Assembly (NCBI RefSeq): GCF_041956535.1
Contig: NW_027192203.1
Coordinates: forward strand, 248,001 to 312,000
Origin: Calcarisporiella thermophila CBS 279.70
Lineage: Eukaryota; Fungi; Calcarisporiellomycota
Reading direction: 5' to 3'
DNA: 64,000 nucleotides
Part shown: piece by piece, positions 1-13,255 of the stretch
Position numbering within the stretch: the first letter of the stretch is position 1
Layout of the letters: the number at the start of each line of letters is the position of its first letter
Notes under the pieces: generated by a model
What the model saw: only the letters and a program-made list of their open reading frames with translations
Databases searched by the model: none
Told to the model about the DNA's origin: nothing
Translations under genes and position numbers: made by a program

Positions 1-854
1 GGATCATACGTTCAACTATTATGATGCAAAAGAGATCTTTCAGCCGGCTATTTTCCTTACAACCGTGGGTGACAAACGAGGTGACCAGCTAAATAGCAAC
101 CGCTTTACCAATAATATCGTCATCCCTTCCGCTACGGGCCTACTGCATCGCGCCCTGGTTGATCCACGTAGATATCTGGACAAATATGGAAATCCTCTGG
201 CCAAGAAACATCGCGATATTTTTGCTCTTTTCAGAGGTATGAAAGTGCTACTCTTATTTGACAACCTTATAAGCCTTTCCAATATAACTAATGGAAATCT
301 GGCCTTAGGATGTTGTAGCACGACAAAGCCAACAGATCCATACAGCATGGGAGTACGCTCGCTTTTATTTAATGGATTAAATCAAATACCCGGATGGGAT
401 GTCTCTGAATCAAGTGAAGACGAAGAATATATTGATTTGCTCTCAAGATCACGATATGGTATAACGCCTGCTGGTTGGACATTAGATACCACTCGACTCT
501 GGTATGGATGATTGTTTGAATAATCTATTATATTTTACTGATTATTGGTAATTCGTGCATAATAGGGAATATCTCGCATTTGGAGTTGTGCCTGTTATTA
601 TTGCCGACGGTATTATTGAGCCTTTCGAAAACGATGTTGACTGGCATAGTTTCAGTGTCTATGTGCGTAGAGAAGACGCCCACCTCTTAGATGATATTCT
701 CCGAGCGATTCCCGAGGAAGAATATCAGCGTAAACGCAAGCGAGTCTGGGAAGAGGGGGCAAGGGTAGGATTGGAGCGTGATGCATGGCACTTTATTGCA
801 CGCGAGCTATGTCGTATAAAAAGAATTGATAGAAGGGAGATAATCCAACCATAA
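1..854 (+). CDS. Exostosin-family (GT47) glycosyltransferase, 3' part (5' end outside window)
   Basis: Frame is open from the window start. Spliced product (introns ~238-308 and ~502-565) reads ALFRG|CC...YS.GVR...Y.DLLSRSRYGITPAGWTLDTTRLW|EYLAFGVVPVIIADGIIEPFENDVDW, the typical exostosin C-terminal motifs. Confidence 0.75.
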
Positions 855-1856
855 TTTATATATACATCTACTCTAATAACCACCACAATGACGAACATTT
901 ATTATTTATTCTTATTTATCTATCAAATCGAGTGATGCTTCGATACCCTTTAATAATAATGTGATTTCTACGTTGAACAACTAAGCTGAAGTTTTAAAAA
1001 ATGGGCTCTAATGGAGTTTTCTTCTCTTTTGGAAGTCTGGTAGTTCACAAGAAATCAGAGTAAAATTTTTGAATTTGTGCGAAATATTCTCGACTGTTTT
1101 GCAGACACAATTGATTAAAACACGCTAAAGATTCTGACTGTTTTTATATCTGCTGGCACACTAGCACCTAGAGACAATTGAAATGCAAGTCTTCGGAATT
1201 CTTGGTATTATTATTTGCTGAATGAGTATATGATTTGCTTTTCAATAAAATACTCTAGCTTAAATATCGGCGTAAAAGTTGGATCAGTTTGAGGAAGCTT
1301 ATTCAATGTTGAGCCGAGATGATATTTCCAAAAATCAATAAGAGAATTCTGGAGATGAGGAGCCCAAGCTAGTCAACATTGAATAAGATTACCACTATTC
1401 GAAAATATCAAATATGAACCTTTTTTATTTTTAGATAAAAAAAGCCCAAATTTTGGTTGAGGCTCTGATAAGCGTTAGTTCAATGATAATTGAAAAACCA
1501 TATATAGAGGGAAACGCTTGGTGGCAGTAAGATATTATGGATACTGTTTCCAGTTAAACTTTTGTATTTGAATCGTACGTGTCTCCGATGCAAAAGAAGA
1601 AAGAAGAAAGAGGCTCAAAGCAATCAGACAGTGTGAATACAAGTTGCAATCCACATGGTTGTTATATCTCGAATGCGAAAATAAAAGTCATCATTTGCTT
1701 ATCTAGCCATCCTTCTGTTTCTCTCCCCTTACATCGGTTTATACTCAAAAATATAAGGGAGCTACTAAGAGACAGCGGAGAACGTGTCTTTATTTATGGA
1801 TAGTCCCACACACCTTACAGCATGAGGTAGGCAAAAAGGTCAAGCATACTCAGTAT

Positions 1857-2509
1857 TTATGCAACCAAGGCAGAGGCGGTGGAGGATTCGCTATGGAGTT
1901 GAAAAAGGGAAGGGGTTAGTTTTCAACCAAGACGACGACTATCGAGCCACTAGGCAGAGATCACTCTGACCCTGTATACTCTTATAGTGCCCAGAGATAG
2001 AAAGAAAGTCAACAATCAACTTACTATTTCCAGTTGGGGGGGAGCTGGCCAGAGGTCTTGTAGTAGCGAGCAAGACGGTGGATACGAGACTCAATAAGAA
2101 TCAAGCGGAACTTGGAGTCACGGTCCTTGCGGTTGCGCTCAAGATGCTTGCGGACGGAGACAGCCTTCTTGATGAGGTGGTAGAGATCCTCAGGAATCTC
2201 GGGGGCAAGACCACTGCTCTTGAGGATACGGAGGATCTTGTTACCAGTGACATTCTTCACCTGAGGGACACCATGAGAGTCACGGAGGGTGACACCAATC
2301 TGGGAGGGGGTCATACCCTTCTTGGCGAACTTGCAGATCATTTCGCAAACCTCCTCAGGAGTGGTCTTGAGCCACGAGGGGGGAGTGCGGCGGTAGGGGA
2401 GAGCCGAGGAGGAAATACCCTTTCCGGGAGCGTGCATGCGACCTAATCAAGGGATCATCGACATCAGTATACATATAGACCATTGTATACAAACTAACTA
2501 CATACCCAT
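1857..2509 (-). CDS. RPS13: 40S ribosomal protein S13 (uS15)
   Basis: Exons 2509-2506 (ATGG), 2442-2025 and 1890-1857 give [18 protein letters not shown]...[16 protein letters not shown]...[16 protein letters not shown], with canonical GT-AG introns. Confidence 0.98.
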
Positions 2510-2724
2510 GTTGACGGTTTTTAAATTCTGCTACTTAGAACAAAGAGTAAATAAGGCTTCAACCGGGATGGCGAGCAAAAGCAAAGAGGAGGAAATCTTC
2601 CTTGTTTGTTTACTGTTGCTCTTTTTATTGAAAAAAAAATTATATGTTGACGTCACCGTCTGTCTTTGAATTCTTTTTAACGCGTTCAAATTCTTGGACT
2701 TTCCTCTTAGTCCAATATCAAGCA

Positions 2725-3685
2725 ATGACTTCGTTACACCAGGAGCTGGATGATCTTATTGTAGAGTACCTTGAGAATGTCGATGCATATCTACAAGAGA
2801 GATCGCGCATTGGTACTCTGTTGGCTGATGTAACTTTTTCTCTCCATTTTTGTTGCTTAAAATGAACTGCCTATTTTTAAACTCTCCTTCCAGGCGTTTA
2901 TCAATTTAGCTCATGCAAAGTACACAATGGGCCCACAGAATTTAACAAGTCATCAATATGATAAACGCATGCAAGCTACTTGCTTAATGTAGGACCTTAT
3001 TTTGCTGCATTTGATATAATTTTCTTGTCGTTTCGCTTGAAGCTTAACATAATTCTTATTTTTCTCCTCTTGTACAGTGAGATCGACAACTCAGATGAAT
3101 TAGAAAAAGCTTTCTATATGAAGCTGATTGAGCGTCCGGTCGAGGCTGCAATACCTTTGGCAGCAAAAGAAACGGAAAATAACCAGAGTGAAAAGAACCA
3201 TCTCCGTCGACGCAAAACGTGGTCAGAAACTGATTTGTTGGAGGGATTAGTAGGTGAGAAGCACAAACTAGAAAAGAGAGAGGGGCAGGCTAAAGAAGAG
3301 GAGGGGATGAAAAAGGTGGAGAAAAATGAGAAGGAGGATAAGGTGGAGAAGAGAGAAAATAAGGAATCTGAAAAAGTGGGGATGGAAACAGAAGAGGGTA
3401 ATAAAGAAGAAACTGAGAAAGCGAGAAGAAGGAGCGCTATGCGTAACAATCCAATTAATTGGTTTGGTGTGCTAACTCCCCATAGCCTTCGGATATCTCA
3501 GGTTCATTTCAAGAAGGGTTTGTTTTTGCTTTATTAACACTCTCCGCTCGCCTTAGACTGATGTAATGTTCCTCCAAATTTTAGCATTACACGCTGCTGT
3601 AAACGTCGCTAATCTCCACGCTGAAATTGTCGCAAAGGAGAAGAGAATCCGAGAGTTGAGAGCATCTCTGGAGACTTTGAATTAG
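2725..3685 (+). CDS. VMA22: V-ATPase assembly factor Vma22/CCDC115-like
   Basis: Spliced product: MTSLHQELDDLIVEYL...AFINLAHAKYTMG...YDKRMQA...NPINWFGVLTPHSLRISQVHFKK|ALHAAVNVANL. The 'P..WFG.L.P.SLR..Q..F' motif is characteristic. Confidence 0.85.
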
Positions 3686-3833
3686 TATTTTGATCCTGTG
3701 TAAAATATATTTCCTGTAAATAAACTTATCTATAAAAAGTCATCAGGTTTAATTTTATATTTCTGAAAGCATTCTGATGGGGAGCAGCCCTAATCTTAGA
3801 TTGGGGACTACTTTTATTTAATGGAGAACTCGA

Positions 3834-4870
3834 ATGACAGATCTTGTAGGCAGTGTCAGGACCCTAAATAAGGACAAAGAAGCAGAGGCTCAGTCCATCC
3901 TCAAAAGGATCGCATCCCAGGTGAAGCCGATTATGAAACGGCGCGGCTGGCGGATTGGTGCCCTATCTGAATTCTATCCAAAGAATCCAAATTTGATGGG
4001 TAAGTTGATTACACTTGAAAATATACTTCTAAAAAATAATCTTGATATCTCTCTTCATAAGGACTTAATGTCAACAAAGGGCAAGAAATTAAGTTGCGAC
4101 TACGCTACAGCTATGATGAGAAGAAGTTCATGGAATATGACTATATACTCGGCACTATGCTCCATGAGTGAGTTTTCCTGCTTGCTCAGTTCAGAGCTAT
4201 TTCTGACACTAGATATGTTCTTGCATTCAGACTTGTTCACATTGTTCACGGTCCGCACGACCAGAAATTTTATGCCCTTCTCGATCAACTTTTTGAGGAA
4301 TATGAGAGCCTCGTAGACGACGGATATACAGGAGAGGGATTTGAAGGTAAAGGGTATCGTGTGGGTGTTGGTGTTTCGCACAATGTTCCTGTGTCGCTGA
4401 TAAGGGAAACAATGGCGAAAGCGGCCGAGAAGAGACGGCGGATAAACGAGCTTATGCCCAGCGGCGGAAGGCGGCTGGGTGGCACGAGACGAGAAAATAT
4501 TCCTCTAAGACAGCTGGTAGCCGAAGCTGCTGAAAGACGTAAAAAAGATAGAATATGGTGTGGAAATGCAGATAGTAATGACGAAGAGGATGAAAAAGGA
4601 GAAAAGAGTAAGGCTTCCGACGTGGGTAGCGAACCTATAATCTCTCGAGGCAACAGTTCCACAGCACCTTATACGAAAACACTAAATAATTGCGATGCCC
4701 CCTTACGGGCAACTTCCTCTGAGCTTCCACCAGCTTTGGGCAAGCGAAAATTAGACCAAGACGAACACCTGGAATGGAAAAAATGGGTCTGTTCACTTTG
4801 TACCCTCATCAATCGACCTTTGGCATTGCAGTGCGAAGCGTGCTTTAGTGAGAGACCAGCATCGGATTAG
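3834..4870 (+). CDS. WSS1: Wss1-like DNA-protein crosslink metalloprotease (WLM domain, C-terminal RanBP2-type Zn finger)
   Basis: VKPIMKRRGWRIGALSEFYPKNPNLMG|LNVNKG...TMLHE|LVHIVHGPH (HExxH split by an intron), GGRRLGG, AAERR, WVCSLCTLIN...C..C. Confidence 0.92.
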
Positions 4871-5018
4871 CTTCAAGTTTTAATAAGAAGGGGTGTATTG
4901 AATTCCTGTACAAATTATAAAATATTGTATATTCCAATTATTTTAGAAAATATACCTATTTTAATGACAGTCATGCAAATTTCACCTAGTCGTTTTACAA
5001 CTGAATTATTGCCTATAT

Positions 5019-6284
5019 ATGAGGCATCAACACTTATCAACCTACCTACCTAATGTATGCAAATACTTTAGCCGCACCCTGAGTTCATCCACAGCGGCGC
5101 ATTATCCTCGATTTCAGTGGTCAGCAACTTCACCCTCCTTCCAAAAGTTCGGTCGCTACGATGCATTATTTCCGGGCTCTCATCCTTCTTCATTTCAAAT
5201 TCGTTCTGTTCCTGACCATATTCGGAAACCTGACTACGCTTTAACTAAGGATGGCTCCCCGGCTGAATGGTCGCTAGAAATTCCAATTTATGGACCCGAG
5301 GAGGTGGAAGGGGTTCGACAAGCATGCAAGTTGGCAAAGAAAATTTTGGAGATGGGAGGTGAAATGTGCAAGGTCAGAAACGGCTACCTCAGTCGATAAC
5401 CTATAAATGCAGATTGTTGAATTAATACTTTGCATTAGCCAGGGATAACTACCGAGCAAATTGACAATGTACTTCATGATGCTATCGTATCCCACGGTGC
5501 TTATCCATCCCCCCTTAATTATAAGGGATTTCCTCGCTCTATCTGCACATCAATATCCAATGTGATAGCCCACGGCATACCAGACAGGTTTGTAGACAAT
5601 CTTGGGAATTTCTACAAAAATAGATTGCTATATTTAATTCACTTAAATATTTATAGCCGTCCGCTACGAGATGGAGATATTATTAATGTCGACATAACCG
5701 TCTATCTTAACGGCTTTCATGGTGACACTTCAGCCACATTTCTTGTAGGCAATGTGGATGAGAAAGGAAAACATTTGGTCAATACTACTAAGGAGTGTTT
5801 GGAGATAGCCATTGAACATTGTAAACCAGGCATTCCATTTAATGAGGTTGGGCGAGTAATAGAGTAAGCGACTAAATAGTTTTCCGCTCGGCAAAGGAGT
5901 GGTTAATAAAATCTCCTTATGTAGGAGGCATGCTTCTAAAGCAGGGTACACCATCAACCGCGAATTTAGCGGTCATGGTATTGGGCGTATGTTTCATACC
6001 CTCCCGCTTATTCTCCATTATGGTATACTGTGCACTCTTTCCCGATGATATGTCATGATAAATTAATTAATTGTTATCAACCTTCATCAGAAAACACAGA
6101 AGATTTCGGTGAAATGCTTCCTGGAATGATCTTCACGGTTGAGCCTATGCTGTGCCAGGGTAGAGCGGATGGCTTCCTTTGGCCAGACAAATGGACAGTG
6201 TCTACACTGGATGGAGGTAGGAGTGCTCAGTGGGAACACACAGTACTTATCACTGAGAATGGGGTTGATATCTTGACAAAATAA
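5019..6284 (+). CDS. Type I methionine aminopeptidase, METAP1D-like (probably mitochondrial)
   Basis: Motifs AYPSPLNYKGFP, HGIPD, GDIINVDITVYLNGFHGDTSATF, GHGIG..FH, FTVEP and SAQWEHT. No N-terminal Zn finger, and the N-terminus is presequence-like. Confidence 0.88.
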
Positions 6285-6395
6285 AATTGCATTTAAATAC
6301 CACGAGCGACTTCAACACAAGAAACTGTAAAAAGGAATATAATTGTTCGCCGAGAATACAAAAAGAAGCCCAATCAATAAAACATCCTATGTTCA

Positions 6396-8493
6396 TCATG
6401 TTCGAATCTGGAATTTTCCGGCTTTTGTCAGGCTACGTACACCCTAGTTCACAGTAGATGGATTTAGTTGGTGGCAAAAAAAGTCATCAGAACCTCAATA
6501 CTAACCTTATATGGCTTATATCCCTCGTGATAGACCCGTAGCGTGTCCACTTTGAGGCCTGAGACGGCATACATGCTTATTTGAAAATCAAGTGAGATGG
6601 TATGCCCAGTTTCTGGGGTCTCCTCGCTTTATAGTTTCAATAAAATAAAATAACGAAGAACAAATAAATCCAGCTACCGGGCTATCTATTTGGAAGGAAA
6701 TTTCAAAATACCTGCTACTAAAAGTACCCGAGAGAACTGGCATTCGATCCTTCAGAGATAGCTTGCCTATGTCCCATCGAATCGACTAGAATGCCAATGG
6801 AAATAAGTTAATGAAACTAAATAACATCGAGAGAAGCAATAACAATTACTTTTGTTGTTGGATCAAACATATATTGCCCAACACTGCAGGTTGCGTTCAC
6901 ACCTGTCACCGATTTTGCCATCGGAAACGTGAGCACAAGATTTTCAAGGGGACGGCCCTCAGTACTACGCGAATTTACTGTGATGTCAAATTTTCCTATA
7001 GAAAAAGAAGTTTATATGGATAAAATTATCAAGTAAGGTGTAGAGCGCATATCTAACCTCCGTAGTTTGAAACATGAACAGAGGGTTTTACATGGACAGG
7101 CAGCGCTTGCTGGTACGGGAGATTGACTCTAAAAAGTAATTGGGATTATCGAGATGGAAGCAGTCGTTAGGAAAAATTAGTTTAATGATAAATGTCAATA
7201 TAATTGCCTACCTATAACTCATGAGCTTGAACTGACCATCCGGGGGCACAAAAGACAATATTTTTTCTGACTCGAATTTGTTAATTCTGAAGGAAAGCGT
7301 TAACCTTACTACTCACTAGCTACAATAAATTGATGGGTGCTTGATTACCTTACACAGGGATGAAAGCTTGTGTCGTCTAGGATTCGAGGATTGACAAAAC
7401 TCAGCGTTAGGTCAGGCATGCCTGAGAGACGGCAATTCACGTTTATATGACCATGAGCTTCACAAGAAACCAAAACACCATTACTAGCGTAAAAATGAGC
7501 ATGAGTAGAAGTGATTAAAATAGGACCTCATTTAGGAAAATCGAACCTATCTACAATTGCGTCCACCTCCTCAATAATATCGAAGTATATCTCATTATTT
7601 GTGTATTTGACCCCCGATTTACGCCAAGGAATACTTGATAGGTTGGCTGTTGGTAACCGTGGTGGAATACTATAAGAAAATAAACCATCTAGTGCTTAAA
7701 CCATCGTCTATAATGAATTAAACCATTACCCTGATACGCTTGCAACAGAATTCATGACGCGATTCATTATTGTGGGTGGTAGAATCATCTCTTTTAGTGC
7801 ATTTGGCTCTGTTGTCAGTGGGTATCCATTGTCCATTACCTCCTCCAGTAGCTAGAAGCAAAGGAAGACGTAGAAATAATGATAAATAACGACAATTACG
7901 ATTGAACATTCGATAATGAATGTACCTGATATACCACCACGAAATTATCCTTTACCGTTACTTCATTCACTTCTCCAAGATATTCCGCCAGAATATCGAT
8001 TATTCGGTGAAGGAACTCGAACACCATTAAAGGATCCACTATTATCACTTACAAATTAATAATTCATCAACAACAGATACAAAAATAACATCAAACCTTC
8101 TTTTTCCACCGGACATAGCCAAACCATTCCATCACGATAAACATGTAGCAAGTTGTGTTTCTGTGTCATCGTAACTGGAGAGAAGGCTTCGAGCGAGGCT
8201 GACAGACTTGGGGTTCCTTGAGCCGAATAGGCGGTGGAAGCACGTCCCACCTGATCGATGAACAGATCGACCACCTGACGTGACACTGGATTTCGCCAAT
8301 GTTTCTCGATGATTATTTTTCTACATGAGATTATGAAGAGTTCAGATATTCGATCCAACCATAGTATTAAAGGCCAAATGAAAGATGAATACATAAAAGT
8401 AGGAAAACGGTAAAGTATCAAACACCCAATCGCTCAAGCGATTCTCGATCTAACTTACCCGCTCTGATTCAGTGCAAACAAACTCCCAATCAT
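6396..8493 (-). CDS. APM3: AP-3 adaptor complex mu subunit (about 12 exons)
   Basis: Hand-spliced: [12 protein letters not shown]|KIIIEKHWR...[12 protein letters not shown]...KDNFVVVYQ|[23 protein letters not shown]...[18 protein letters not shown]...LSGMPDL...SFHPCVR...[14 protein letters not shown]...SGLKVD...YKPYK|[15 protein letters not shown]. Confidence 0.93.
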
Positions 8494-9242
8494 CGCGTTC
8501 AATCTCTGTACAATAGGGTCGGTTAATTTGGTAATATATCGCGTCTCTCAATACTTCGAGTATCCCCATGCTATGCCACAAATATCCCTTTCAGGGATCG
8601 AAGTTTGTCCAGGTGTCAATTGGGTAAAAGATTAACATCGGAGCATGAATGTTATCTTTGTTTATGCTTGCTTATGGTTCAGATCTTCTCGTCACCAACA
8701 CAGCCGAATTCTTCTCAAACCTGCAAGCGAGACTCAAGACACCCAGTCTTCTCCGGCTAATCCAATGGATAATACAAAGCTTCCAAAGCAGACGGATGAC
8801 GTCAAGCTACTCTGATGTCAACGCTCCTACATTATAGATGCACTTTGTTTTGGCGAAATCTAAGTAGCTTAAGAGAGATGTTAGTCACTCATCTCGTTGC
8901 GTTTCGGTCGGGCAGCATCTCGCAGCCCTCTCTCCAATGGCAACCCCAGAGGCGTGCAGTTGCGCAATTAATTATCAGTTGATCTTGGAATCGATCTGAG
9001 CTGCTGCTGGTTAAATTGGCTCAGGTTACTATGCAATTTCAGGGCAGCTTTCTTCCCTTTTAATGCAAAATCCACGCATTTTGTACTCACTTGATTTCTT
9101 GTGGTGTATTACTTATCTCGGATATTTCATTAAATTTTTCACAATACTTGGCTTACACTATCTCATTCTTCCTTTATTTACATTGCTCCTCCTCGCCTGG
9201 TCTGCCTTCCCCTCCCACCTCTCCCCATCTGAGTAGCAGTAC

Positions 9243-10796
9243 ATGGTCACTTTCACTTCGGACTTCTGGGCTCCCGCGGCGGACGTCAAAGTCCGTCGCC
9301 GCCTTGTCCAAAACAAAGTGGCTGTGCGTCATCTTCCTCAGCTGAATGATTTCCACGCTGAGGCTGCCAAACCGGTTGCTGTGGATGAGGCTTCCGATGT
9401 TTCCCTCTTGATAGGCAATGAGCTTATACCCACCTCGACTCTCCAGTCCACTATTACCACCAATACCACCATCTCTCAGAGCGAACTGCCATCATCTTAT
9501 AACATGACTGCCGCCAACTCCACGCCCAATTCGAAAAAAGTTCCACTAATGCCACGACTCTTCCACCGTGGGAGCCACAAGAGTGATGGGACGGCAAGTC
9601 CAAGGAATGAGACCATGGAGTATGAGGAGGAGAAAGAGAAAAAGCATGTGCTCAGTCAACTATGGGCACCTATTATGTCTCGCAAGGATTCGTCCAATTC
9701 GGTGGCCTCTTCGAACTCATCGCATGACAGCAAGCCGAGTCGCCCACTGTCACCCGCGAGCTTGGAAAAGTATGGTGTTAAGGATAAGCGATGCATCGGC
9801 AAGGGTGCAACTGCTGTGGTTCGTGTGGCACATAATTTGAATCCAACGCAACCGGTTCGTCTCTACGCCATTAAGGAGTTCCGGAGAGGGAAGAACGTGA
9901 CCGAGAAGGAGCATATTAAAAAGTTAACCAGTGAATTCTGTATTAGCTCCACTTTGCGACATGAAAATATTGTCCAAACGGTGGACTTAGTTCAGGACGA
10001 AAACAGGCAGTGGTGTGAGGTGATGGAGGTACATATAGGCTGCATTTCGATGATGGCATGATATGCATGACGTTACCATGCAATATTATGCTGTACTTTG
10101 ACTGCTGATAATTGACTAAACGCATTTTATTATCTCGTTTCACAGTTTTGTGCTGGTGGTGACCTTTACGCAGCCATCAAGAGTGGCCATATGACCCGTC
10201 TCGAAATCGACTGTTGCTTCAAGCAGCTCATCACCGGCCTTGACTACATTCATGCCAATGGTGTCGCGCATCGCGATATCAAACCGGAAAATCTTTTGCT
10301 CAGCGATCGAGGCCAACTGAAGATTGCCGACTTCGGCGTCTCCGAAGTGTTCCGCGCAGGTTGGGAAACATGCACACATAAGTCTCGCGGGGTGTGTGGT
10401 TCCGAGCCTTACATCGCACCTGAGGTCTTTACCGGTGAGGAATACGACGCAAGATGTTTAGACGTGTGGTCAGCTGGCATCGTCTACTACTCCATGACTT
10501 ACCGGGGGATTCCATTCCGTTGCGCCACCTCCGAGGATAGCAATTATCGTGCCTATCTTGAATCACGGTTAGAGCGCAGGTTCGAGCCTTTTGAACGACT
10601 TGGGAAATCAACCTGCGATCTCATGTATCGTATCTTGGACCCCGATAGCGCCCGCCGTATCACTATTCCCGAAATCATGGAAAATGAATGGATTCAGCGC
10701 GTGGAGGTATGCGAAAACCTTCGTGGAAAAGAACGATTCCATGTGCATTTCTGCAAGGAGGATGTCCCGACAGGCCGTATCCCCGGCCGTGCTTGA
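9243..10796 (+). CDS. Hal4/Sat4/Hrk1/Npr1-family Ser/Thr protein kinase
   Basis: GKGATAVV, YAIKEFR, KKLTSEFCISSTLRHENIV, WCEVME|FCAGGDL, HRDIKPEN, DFGVS, CGSEPYIAPE. One intron at ~10028-10145. Confidence 0.92.
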
Positions 10797-11137
10797 GCCC
10801 CAGGGTGCCTTTTTTCCCCGTGTTAATATTCTTCCACTCCCTTCTCTCACCTTTTCCCCATACGTTTTCTCCTCTTGCCTCCTACAGTATATAGACTTTT
10901 TAGACACCCTTTTTATAAAACTTTACCTTCATTTGTTATTTAATAATTTCCCGCTACTTTTTATAATGTAAAAAAATATATTGTTTTATTTTATAACCAT
11001 TAAATTCTTAAAATATATATATAAATATTTCTAGTAATAGCAAAAGGGAAAACAAAAAGAGTCCATCCATGGCATTCTTGGCCATGTGCTCGTATAATAA
11101 GTGTATATTTATATAAAGATATATATATGTATACAAT

Positions 11138-12863
<1,726 letters not shown>

Positions 12864-13255
12864 TCTTATTTTCCTATCTTTTAGAGGAAAAAAAAAGGGG
12901 GGAGGTGAGGGTGAATTTCGGGATGGAGAACTGGAAGAGAGTATGAATTGAAGGTTTTGTGACTGTACCTAAGTTTTGCAAGAGTTTGTCAGAAAAAATA
13001 GGTGACTGCATATTTTGCGCATATCCTCCCATTCCGAATTCATATTATTTGGTCGTATATTAAGATTTATTTTTGTGTCAACAGTGGAGTGAAAGAGTGA
13101 AATTGACAGAATTGTAAATGAAGTGAGTGGAATAAATAGGATAGCACGGATTGTGAATATAACAAAAGAGCTATGATATAGTGTATCAAATAAATAAATA
13201 AGAGATGATTATTGTAAAACTGTGGATGGGGAAAAAATGTTATCTAGAAGAGCAT

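Noticed and set aside
885-992. Possible C/D box snoRNA (ATGACGA or GTGATG ... CTGA)
   Set aside because: The C box is degenerate, there is no terminal stem, and I can see only ~8 nt of possible rRNA complementarity.
2078-2446. 122-aa ORF antisense to RPS13
   Set aside because: Shadow ORF caused by the strong codon bias of a highly expressed gene.
8056-8421. Apparent isolated AP-3 mu fragment or pseudogene in the ORF track
   Set aside because: The remaining exons splice cleanly into an intact gene at 6396-8493.
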